Assembly (NCBI GenBank): GCA_046758745.1
Contig: JBHIAV010000036.1
Coordinates: 1 to 30,031, forward strand
DNA length: 30,031 bases
Source: Gemmatimonadota bacterium
GTDB taxonomy: Bacteria > Gemmatimonadota > Gemmatimonadetes > Palauibacterales > Palauibacteraceae
Direction of reading: 5' to 3'
Shown piece after piece: positions 1 through 7,872 of this stretch. Below the pieces are notes generated by a model. The model was not told where the DNA came from. It saw only the letters and a program-made list of their open reading frames with translations, and did no database searches. Position 1 is the first letter of the stretch; every line of letters begins with the position of its first letter. The translations under genes were made by a program, and so were the position numbers.

Positions 1-113
1 CGACAGTTTCTCCTAGATGGAAATCCAGAGGCGGTATGCCTGGCTTCGCTGGCCGTCTCACTGAGGAGGAGATCACCTACTTGATGGCCCTCCTAAGAGT
101 CTGGCAGGAGTAA
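1..113 (+). CDS. C-terminal fragment of a class I cytochrome c (runs off window start; probable 1-nt frameshift at ~33)
   Basis: Frame 3 reads GMPGFAGRLTEEEITYLMALLRVWQE* (distal Met loop plus C-terminal helix of cytochrome c). Frame 1 reads RQFLLDGNPEA, which joins it if one G is added at 33-34. Confidence 0.6.
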   Translation, partial: TVSPRWKSRGGMPGFAGRLTEEEITYLMALLRVWQE

Positions 114-169
114 GGTTGCCCGTATCGGTCCATTCTTTTCATGTCAATTCCAAGAGTGAGGGGGTGGAT

Positions 170-334
170 ATGAATCTTAACTGCCTCGTTCCGATACTAC
201 TACTCTTAACAATGGCTCTAGGATATGCTGGCGTGGTGGTCTGGATCCTGGGACCCAGGGGAGAGACCACAGCCTTAGCCCGGGGGCCTCGGTTGGGAAC
301 GGGGGCCGCCACGCGGAGGGAACTGACCAGATAG
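170..334 (+). CDS. small single-TM membrane protein
   Basis: ATG at 170 after GAGGGGG; hydrophobic stretch LVPILLLLTMALGYAGVVVWIL then a basic tail. Confidence 0.45.
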   Translation: MNLNCLVPILLLLTMALGYAGVVVWILGPRGETTALARGPRLGTGAATRRELTR

Positions 335-680
335 GGCCAGATCAGCTCAAGCTCCGCTCACGATAGGGCGGAGGGCAGGCGGTCCGGGTTGCGTCGCGTG
401 GGGGTGGCCTTGTGACGCGGCCTGCCAAATTTGGCCACGGATGTGATGCTTATACTCCAAAGCAAAGACCGCTTCTTAGGAGTTTGCAGGGTAAGGTCGT
501 CTGGAATCCTGTGCTCTTGGAAGCAGCGCGGTCGTGGCGCTGGCAGCGCTTCGGCGACATGCAGCCCGCCGAACAAATCTCGGAGAGGAGGTGATGTGAT
601 CATTGTGCATAGCGAAAGGTTTACTAGTCCCCGGATAGCGTAGGTCCCAACTCGACTTCGACTGGAAAGGAGACAAGAAA

Positions 681-1781
681 ATGGGACTTTTGAAAGGAGA
701 AAGAGCGAAAGTCTTAACCATCCTGGCAACGATCGTGGTCCTGGGTGTACTCGGCGCCGCATGTGCAGGTGCCCAGGGACCGGAAGGCCCTCCAGGCCCG
801 CAAGGCCCAGCGGGGCCGCCGGGGCCAGAAGGGCCACCGGGCCCAGCAGCGATAGGACCAGCTGAGCGCACTTTCTCGCTGGCTATCACCGACAACGCTG
901 GGCCTCAGAAGAATGGAGCTGCTCTCCTCACGCTGAAATTTGGGGAAGGTACCCCAGGCGCCACGACAGTCATTGCCAAGAAGGGAACTCCCGTCATTGA
1001 CGGAAAAGACGGGGACGAAGCGTGGGGGCCGCCTTCAGAAGTCGAACTATTGCCTTTCAACGGTGGAGGAGGACCTTCTAAGGCGACGGTGAAAGCGGCT
1101 TACGATGACCACAACATCTATTTCTTGGTTAAGTGGGAAGACCCCACGGGCACTGAGAGTATCCACAAGAAGATGTGGAGCTACGACGCGGCGGCCGATA
1201 GTTGGAGCCAGGCCCAAAACGAGGACCGACTGTACTTCTTGTGGAACATTAGCGCCATCGACTTCGATGAAGGGGGCTGTAGCCTGTACTGTCACGTCGG
1301 CGACCCGGACTGGGAGAAGGCAGAGTGGAACATGGGGACTAACAACCCCGGCGACAGAGTGGATGTCTGGCACTGGAAGGCGGCTCGCACAAACCCCGTC
1401 GGGCACGCAGATGACAAGTACTGGGTTGACCTGACCCACGCCGAGGAGATCATCTACGAAGGGGAACGGCTCCTCAGGACTAGGCTGGGTGATTTGGGCA
1501 GCGGGTTCTACTCGGGAAACGAGAAAGAGGGGTTGCCGGCCTTCATGCACGCCAATGACCCGGGGGCCAACGTCGACTTCCTAATAGGATACGAAGCCGT
1601 CGAGTTCGACCCTGAAGCCGACTGGAAGGACGGCGACACTATCCCTGGCTATGTACTGAAGGCGGGAACGGGCAGCAGAGCCGATGTTGTTTCCGCCGCC
1701 ACGTATACAGAGGGCACCTGGGTCGTGGAATTGAAACGCCGCCTCAATACCTACAACGCCGACGACGTCCAGTTCAAGTAA
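681..1781 (+). CDS. lipoprotein with collagen-like stalk and ethylbenzene dehydrogenase gamma-like (EB_dh/DOMON) heme domain
   Basis: RBS AAGGAG; lipobox LGAAC; (Gly-X-Y)9; motifs PVIDG..D..W, KAAYDDHNIYFLVKWEDPT, EDRL, CSLYCH, DVWHWKA, WVVELKRRL, DDVQF. Confidence 0.8.
   Translation: MGLLKGERAKVLTILATIVVLGVLGAACAGAQGPEGPPGPQGPAGPPGPEGPPGPAAIGPAERTFSLAITDNAGPQKNGAALLTLKFGEGTPGATTVIAKKGTPVIDGKDGDEAWGPPSEVELLPFNGGGGPSKATVKAAYDDHNIYFLVKWEDPTGTESIHKKMWSYDAAADSWSQAQNEDRLYFLWNISAIDFDEGGCSLYCHVGDPDWEKAEWNMGTNNPGDRVDVWHWKAARTNPVGHADDKYWVDLTHAEEIIYEGERLLRTRLGDLGSGFYSGNEKEGLPAFMHANDPGANVDFLIGYEAVEFDPEADWKDGDTIPGYVLKAGTGSRADVVSAATYTEGTWVVELKRRLNTYNADDVQFK
768..848 (+). repeat. collagen-like Gly-X-Y coding repeat (9 triplets)
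   Basis: GAQ GPE GPP GPQ GPA GPP GPE GPP GPA. Confidence 0.9.
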
Positions 1782-1786
1782 GCCGG

Positions 1787-2029
1787 CCACGTCGCTGCGG
1801 AGAACTCAGCGACGAGGAAATACAGGCGCTTGTGCGGTTCATCAAAGGGCCGGTGCTGAAAGTCCTAGCGACTGATGCGAATACAATACCCGATCTGGCA
1901 GCCTGGGCTTGGCCCTGCTGGCCTCACAAACGACGCGGCGCGCCCAATAACACAATCCCCTTCGTCTTGGGCGGGCTAATTCTCCTCATAGGCGGCAGCG
2001 TAGTGGTGTTGTCCCAGAGGCGTGTCTAG
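1787..2029 (+). pseudogene. remnant of a membrane-anchored cytochrome c
   Basis: Frame 2 reads ELSDEEIQALVRFIK (cytochrome c C-terminal helix) and ends in a TM anchor with basic tail PFVLGGLILLIGGSVVVLSQRRV*; no CxxCH or credible start. Confidence 0.5.
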
Positions 2030-2165
2030 CCTACAACAAGGGCCTTAGCCCTCTCGACGTGCGGGGCGCTAATCGTTTCCGCCCGTCTTTTTTGGCTCCA
2101 ACCAGGGATGCTGGACCCATGGATGCGTGCCACTTTCAGTGCTTAACAGTTAGGGAAGAAGCGGG

Positions 2166-2209
2166 GGGCTCACCTTGAACAAACCACGCTTAAGAGAGAA
2201 GGTGAGCCC
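2166..2209. repeat. 11-bp perfect inverted repeat
   Basis: GGGCTCACCTT (2166-2176) and AAGGTGAGCCC (2199-2209), 22-nt spacer. Confidence 0.85.
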
Positions 2210-2944
2210 ATACGCTAAGAGTCAAAGAGACTCTCGAGCTAAGTATGCCACTAGATGGGTTGGATATGGACCTGTTAGAGGAGGCTCTGGTTGAGGCCTT
2301 TCAAGGGTTGCAGAAGCGGGTGATGAAGGCAGCCTTGCCTGTGCTGGTACGTGACAGGCCAGGGATATGCCAGGCTACCGCCCTCACTCGGAATACATAA
2401 CAAACTGAGGACACGATCACACCCTTCTAAACGCGTATTAACCGGCGACTTTTCGGGTTTAGGTATGAATTCGGCGCGAGGGTAATTCAAACGCTCAAAA
2501 CATGTCCCTTCAGAATCTTGTATTCAAAATAAGCTAAAAATCGCGGTCTCAAGGGGATCTGGCAGGATAATGACCGTGAATCCAGCCTCGAGGTTTTGTG
2601 CGCGATTGGGGCGTAGAGATAGTGGGGCATATAGGTGATTAAAAGTCTTACGTGGAGCGGGGCAGATCTTGGTGTCAGGTCCGGGGTATCTCAATGGGAA
2701 CCGCTCCCATGGTTCTCGGTAACACAGCCTTGAAGGGAGCCTCGGGGCCATCTAGCATCGAGTCGATTCACACACGCATTGAGGCGATCACCGACACGAG
2801 ATGGAGGAGTTACGTAAGGGAGGTTCTATCCCTCCACCCGGCAGAGATGGGTGTCCATGACCTCGAATCTTTCATCGAGGTCAGCCCTCAAGTTCACCAG
2901 CGCCTCCTCCGAGGCAGGCACAGGCAGCGGAACAGAGCCGATAC

Positions 2945-3482
2945 ATGCGGACGAACCTTCTGCTGACGGGAGCTCCGGGCGTCGGAAAGACCACGGCGGT
3001 CCGTGCCCTCATCGGCCGCCTGAAGGGCCTGCGTCTGGCGGGCTTCACCACCGAGGAGGTGCGCGACGACCGCGGACGCCGCCGCGGTTTCCTGGCTCGC
3101 ACCCCGGCCGGTGAGGAGGTGCCCATCGCCGATGTCGGCTTCCCCACCCTCCCTCGGGTATCGAGGTACGGCGTGGACGTCGGTGCGATCGAGGCGCTCG
3201 CGGGCTCCGAGCTCGAGCTCCGGCCGGAGGTGGATCTCTACCTTATCGACGAGATCGGCAAGATGGAGTGCCTCTCCGCCCGCTTCGTGGAGGCCGTGCG
3301 GCGGCTCCTCGATTCCGAGAAGCCGGTGGTCGCCACGGTCGGTCGTCACGGCGCAGGGTTCATCTCGGAAGCGAAGCGGCGTCCCGACGCGGAGATGTGG
3401 GAGGTCACCCGGGCCGGGAGGGAGCTGATCCCGGATCGGATCGCGGCATGGCTTGCCGAGCGCGGGCTGGGGGGGGCGGTGA
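2945..3482 (+). CDS. NTPase_1 (THEP1/HCR-NTPase-like) nucleoside triphosphatase; in frame with the downstream transporter as assembled
   Basis: Walker A GAPGVGKTT, GFTTEEVR..G.RRGF, RVSRYGVD, Walker B LYLIDEIGKME. Confidence 0.85.
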
Positions 3483-4819
3483 GCTCGGCCGGCGACTCCT
3501 TCCGCCGGTTCAGCTTCCCCTCCGGCCGGTTACCCCGCCGTCCCGACCGCACGGGCCGCCGCTCCGGCACCGACCGCCGAGGCGGAGCCGAGGCGGAGCC
3601 GGCGGCGGCACCGAAACGCGGCAGGCGCCTCCCCGTCTTCGGCCCCGGAACGCTGGTGACCGCGGCCTTCATCGGACCCGGAACCGTGACCACGGCCACC
3701 CTCGCCGGGGCGCGATTCGGGGTCTCCCTGCTGTGGGCCCTCACATTCTCCGTGCTCGCCACGATCGTCCTCCAGGAGATGACGGCCCGCGTCGCCCTGG
3801 TCACGGGCCGCGGGCTCGGGGCGTCGATCCGAGCGTATTTCAGTCGGCCCGCGCGCCGCGCCGCCGCCGCGGTCGTGGTCGTCTCGGCCATCGCGCTCGG
3901 CAACGCCGCGTTTCAGACCGGAAACCTGCTAGGAGGCGCGCTGGGCCTCGAGGCGCTGCTCGGCGGGAGCGAGCGCGTGTGGGCGATGCCCATCGCCGCG
4001 GCGGCCTTCCTCCTGCTCTGGACCGGAAGCTACCGAGCCATCGAGAGCGTCATGGTCGGTCTCGTGGCCGTGATGTCCGTGCTCTTCGTGACGACGGCCG
4101 TGTTGCTCGCCCCGCGACTTCCCGAGCTCGCCCGCGGCCTCCTCCTGCCGACCCTCGCGGCGGGACCGGAGGCGCCGATCGTCGCCATCGGACTCATCGG
4201 GACCACCGTCGTGCCGTACAACCTCTTCCTGCACGCGGCAGCCGTTCGCGAACGGTGGCCGAACGCGGGGTCGCTCCCCGCGGCGCGCGTGGACCTCGCG
4301 GGCTCCATCGCGCTCGGCGGCGCCGTGAGCATGGCGATCGTCGTGTCGGCAGCCGGAGCGGCGCGCGGCGCCGACATCTCGAACGCGGCCGGCATGGCCG
4401 TGCAGCTCGAGCCTGTCCTCGGGCGGTGGGCGCGGGGCTTTTTCGCCACGGGGCTCCTCGCCGCGGGGCTCTCCTCGGCCGTCACCGCTCCCCTTGCCGC
4501 CGCCTACGCCACGGCGGGCGCCATGGGTTGGTCGGCGGATCCGAAGAGCGCGCACTTCCGCGCGGTTTGGCTCCTCGTCCTTCTGAGCGGACTGGTCTTC
4601 GCCTCGGCCGGAGTTCGCCCCGTTCCGGCCATCCTGTTCGCGCAGGCGGCGAACGGGCTCCTGCTTCCGGCCCTCGCGCTCTTTCTGATCCTGACCGCGA
4701 ATGACCGGCGGCAGATGGGAGCGTGGGCCAACGGTGCGGCGCTCAACGTCGCGGCTGGCGCGGTTCTCCTCGCCGTGGTGGGGCTCGGCGCGTGGGCGGT
4801 GCTCCGCGTGCTGGAGTAG
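3479..4819 (+). CDS. Nramp-family (divalent-metal transporter-like) membrane protein
   Basis: GPGTLVTAAFIGPGTVTT, LQEMTAR, GTTVVPYNLFLH, AQAANG and many TM segments. It has GPGT rather than the canonical MntH DPGN motif. Start uncertain (in-frame GTG at 3479). Confidence 0.8.
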   Translation: MSSAGDSFRRFSFPSGRLPRRPDRTGRRSGTDRRGGAEAEPAAAPKRGRRLPVFGPGTLVTAAFIGPGTVTTATLAGARFGVSLLWALTFSVLATIVLQEMTARVALVTGRGLGASIRAYFSRPARRAAAAVVVVSAIALGNAAFQTGNLLGGALGLEALLGGSERVWAMPIAAAAFLLLWTGSYRAIESVMVGLVAVMSVLFVTTAVLLAPRLPELARGLLLPTLAAGPEAPIVAIGLIGTTVVPYNLFLHAAAVRERWPNAGSLPAARVDLAGSIALGGAVSMAIVVSAAGAARGADISNAAGMAVQLEPVLGRWARGFFATGLLAAGLSSAVTAPLAAAYATAGAMGWSADPKSAHFRAVWLLVLLSGLVFASAGVRPVPAILFAQAANGLLLPALALFLILTANDRRQMGAWANGAALNVAAGAVLLAVVGLGAWAVLRVLE

Positions 4820-4823
4820 ACGC

Positions 4824-5930
4824 TTACCCTCCCTCCGTCTCCCCGAGCGCGCGGGCCTCTCGCGGCGGTGGAAGAAGATCCTTGAACGCCTCGCCGTACA
4901 GGTCCCACACCGTGACGAACAGAGCGGCCACGATCGGCCCGATGATGAAGCCGATGGCTCCGAACAGGAAGATGCCGCCGAGGGTCCCCAGCAGGACGAG
5001 CAGATCGGACATCTTCGTGTCCTTCCCCACCAGGCGGGGGCGGAGGAAGTTGTCCACCGTGCCCACGACGGCGGCACACCACACGGAGAGCCCGATGCCC
5101 ACACCCACCCGCCCGGTGGCGAACAGGAAGATCGCCGCCGGGATCCACACCAACGCGGCCCCGACCCCGGGGATGATCGACAGCACGGCCATGACGGTTC
5201 CCCAGAAGGCTGCTCCCGGGATCCCGGCCAGCCAGAAGGCCACACCGGCCAGCCCACCCTGCACGATCCCGATCACCAGTGAGCCCTTCAGCGTTGCCCG
5301 CGCCACCGACACGAACTTCTCCACCATCCGCTCTTCCTCCTCGGAAGAGAGCGGGGTGTAATAGAGAATCCGGTCGAGGATCGAGCGGCCGTCGATGAGG
5401 AAGAAGAACATCGCGTACAGCATGATGAAGAGTTGCAGGAAAAACGTCGCCGTGCCCTTCGTCGCGGAGGCCAGGAGGCCCACCAGGAGGGTGCCGGTCC
5501 TCCCCGCCAGCTCGCCTACCTTCGCCATCATCTGGTCCTGATAGGGCTCGAGCTTCGCCAGGATCGGCAGCTGAGAGAAGAGCCGGTCCAGCTGGTCCGG
5601 CTGGCTCACCTGCCTTTCGATCCACGGGCCGACGGACTCGCTGATCTGCACCGCCTGGGATGCCACGAGGCCGAGAAACCCACTGATCGGGACCACGATG
5701 AGGAGCAGGACGATGAGAACTGTGGTCACCGATGAGAGCGCCTTCCGGCCTCTGAAGGCGCGGAGCAACCAGCGATACAGGGGATACGTCATGCCGCCGA
5801 AGATTCCGGCGAGCAGAATCGCCGTTAGAAACCGGCGAATCATGGCGAAGAAGATGGCCGAGATGGCCACTACGAGGATGAGGAGGAAGGCCCTGCTGAA
5901 CCTTCGCCGATTGTCGTCTGACGGCGTCAT
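4824..5930 (-). CDS. AI-2E family transporter
   Basis: FFFLIDG, QGGLAG, IPGVG..LVWIP, DNFLRP.LVG, GTLGG..LFG..GFIIGP. Start set at MTPSDDNRRRF (ATG 5930, GGAG upstream). Confidence 0.9.
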   Translation of the reverse strand: MTPSDDNRRRFSRAFLLILVVAISAIFFAMIRRFLTAILLAGIFGGMTYPLYRWLLRAFRGRKALSSVTTVLIVLLLIVVPISGFLGLVASQAVQISESVGPWIERQVSQPDQLDRLFSQLPILAKLEPYQDQMMAKVGELAGRTGTLLVGLLASATKGTATFFLQLFIMLYAMFFFLIDGRSILDRILYYTPLSSEEEERMVEKFVSVARATLKGSLVIGIVQGGLAGVAFWLAGIPGAAFWGTVMAVLSIIPGVGAALVWIPAAIFLFATGRVGVGIGLSVWCAAVVGTVDNFLRPRLVGKDTKMSDLLVLLGTLGGIFLFGAIGFIIGPIVAALFVTVWDLYGEAFKDLLPPPREARALGETEGG

Positions 5931-6177
5931 GGCTGGAAACTCCGGAGGAAACGAGACCGAGGCTGAAACCGAATCCACCGCCGCGTCGCTCGGCGGCAGT
6001 CGTCGACGTCCGTCTGCAAGGTAGGACGGCCGGCTCGATCCGCGCGAGCGTTCTTCCGTGGCGGATGTTCGGGGCACGTCGGCCACCTCCTCCCTACCCG
6101 GCCCCGCGATCGAACGACAACAGGAACACGACACCGCTGATCGACCCTGGCGGCCGGTGGAGGGGGGACTCCCGTGG

Positions 6178-6205
6178 CACATAATCCGTGTACACGTATT
6201 ATGTG
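6178..6205. promoter_or_regulatory. 28-bp near-perfect palindrome, probable operator
   Basis: CACATAATCCGTGTACACGTATTATGTG, one mismatched pair; AT-rich in a GC-rich context. Confidence 0.55.
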
Positions 6206-6233
6206 TTATCGACGGCCCCCATACGGTGCCGGT

Positions 6234-6400
6234 TCGACACAGGTGCTTCAGGAATACTTCGTCGCCGCGACGTGGAAGCTCGGGGTTCCCCCGGAGGTCG
6301 CACGCCGAAAAGTCGAGATCCTTCCCGCCTCGACGTTGTGGTGAACGATCTTCCCGAGATCCTCGGAGCGATCGACCTGCACCGACTCCACGACATCGGC
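6234..6400 (+). pseudogene. PIN-domain (VapC-like) toxin remnant
   Basis: STQVLQEYFVAATWKLGVPPEVARRKVEIL, a frameshift at ~6323, then SRLDVVVNDLPEILGAIDLHRLHDIG; N-terminal DTN motif and C-terminal D motif absent. Confidence 0.7.
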
Positions 6401-6495
6401 CCGTCCATCCTTTCTGAACTCGTCGCACCGAACCGGATCGGCCAGTGACGGCACGTCCACGGCGGACAGACCCAATGAAGAGGAAGACGCGCACG

Positions 6496-7376
6496 ATGAG
6501 GCTCGTTAGACGCGCCCTACCACGATCACGGCGGTCCCCCTCGGGATCTGCTTCGCCGGCTCCGCCGCCCGGGCCCAGGATGCCGGGCAGAAGAGCGAGC
6601 TCGGCTGGTCCTTCACCGCCGAGCTCACCGCCGTGTGGACGGGAGGAAATTCCAGCTCCAACACACTCGGTGTGGGCAGCACGCTCCGCCGGACAATTGA
6701 GCGATCGGAATTCCGCCTCGCCGGTGGCGCGATCCGCACCGAGTCCTCCCTCACCAGGCGCATGGCCGTCGGGACGTCTGCCGACGACTTCGTGCTGCAG
6801 GAGGAGACGACCACCGAGACGACGGCGGAGAGCTACTACCTGCGCGGTCGCTACGACTACACGATCAACGAGCGCTTCTTCCTGTTCGGGGGAGCCGACT
6901 GGCTCCGCAACACCTTCGCGGGGATCAACAGCCGGTTCCTGATCGCGGCGGGGGCCGGGAACAGCTGGATCGACAACGACCGCTGGCGCTTCAGGACCGA
7001 CTACGGGTTCACCATCACCTTCCAGAACGACGTGGTGGAGAACCCGTTCATCACGACGACCTTCCCCGGCCTTCGGCTGTCGTACGACTTCAGGTCGCGG
7101 CTCACGGCATCCACCGAGCTAACCAGCGTCCTGATAACGGACTGGAACCTGGAAAACACGGACGATCTGCGGTTCGACTTCACCAACGCCCTCCCGATCG
7201 CGATCAGCTCGATCTTCACCCTCAAGCCGAGCCTGCGGCTCATGTGGCGCAACGATCCGTCGCTCTCGGAGGTCGAGCTGGTGGCGCCCGACGGGGCAGC
7301 GACCGGTCAGACGGTGCTCGCGCCGCTCGACAAGCTCGACAGCTTCGTCACCGTATCGCTCGTGGTCGAGCTTTAG
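6496..7376 (+). CDS. DUF481-like outer-membrane beta-barrel protein (1-nt frameshift at ~6517 in the signal peptide)
   Basis: GWSFTAEL..VWTGGNSSS.TLG, TTAESYYL.GRYDY, W.RNTFAGI..R, final strand VSLVVEL. ATG 6496 with AGGAAG gives MRLVRRAL, which continues in another frame as TTITAVPLGICFAGSAARA-QD. Confidence 0.75.
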
Positions 7377-7725
7377 GGAGGATTTCGATCCGGTCGGGCC
7401 GGTTCGGTACCATGCAAAGGAACTCGAACGGCTCCTCGCCAAGCGCCTCGTACCAGTGCGGCGTGCCCGCCGGGATGAAGACCACGTCGTCCCGTCCGAC
7501 CTCGACGACCTCGTGGCCGATCCCGATTCGGGCGCGGCCCCGGAGCACATACTGCTCGTGCTCCACCGTGTTCGTGTGAGGCGGCATGCCGCCGCCCGGA
7601 TCCATGACGAAGCGGCGCATGTGGAAGTTGGGACCCTCGCCCGGGCCGATGAGTACCTGTCTGCGGGTCCCTCGGCCGGCTCTCACCACCTCGGCCGGGA
7701 TCTCCGCCGCGTGCTTGACCGACAT
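7348..7725 (-). CDS. cupin domain protein
   Basis: PPHTN.VEHEQYVL.G and VFIPAGTPHWY cupin motifs. Confidence 0.9.
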   Translation of the reverse strand: MSVKHAAEIPAEVVRAGRGTRRQVLIGPGEGPNFHMRRFVMDPGGGMPPHTNTVEHEQYVLRGRARIGIGHEVVEVGRDDVVFIPAGTPHWYEALGEEPFEFLCMVPNRPDRIEILPKARPRAIR

Positions 7726-7747
7726 GAAACCTTCCCTCCCGTGAGAC

Positions 7748-7768
7748 CGCCGGGCGAAACGCCCGGCG
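7748..7768. other. GC-rich hairpin between decarboxylase and cupin genes
   Basis: CGCCGGGCG-AAA-CGCCCGGCG, perfect 9-bp stem, no U-tract. Confidence 0.5.
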
Positions 7769-7872
7769 AGTCGTCGGTGGCTCCGTCCTCACCTACTCCG
7801 ACAGCTGCTCGAGGTAGGCCTTCGGTTCCAGGCGTCGAGCGCGGCCCGCGAGCTCGCTAGGCGCTGGCGCGC

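Noticed and set aside
410-612. TGTGA half-sites as CRP/FNR boxes
   Set aside because: None has a matching TCACA half at the right spacing.
3479-4819. Naming the transporter mntH and linking it to Mn oxidation
   Set aside because: It lacks the DPGN metal-binding motif and lies ~7 kb outside the island among unrelated genes.
3268-5625. Long Arg/Gly/Pro-rich alternative-frame ORFs (3268-4704, 3929-5257, 4504-5625)
   Set aside because: They overlap well-supported transporter genes and have frame-shifted high-GC composition.
5931-6494. 188-aa N-terminal extension of the AI-2E transporter
   Set aside because: Non-protein-like, and it spans the PIN remnant on the opposite strand; ATG 5930 has an RBS and gives a typical length.
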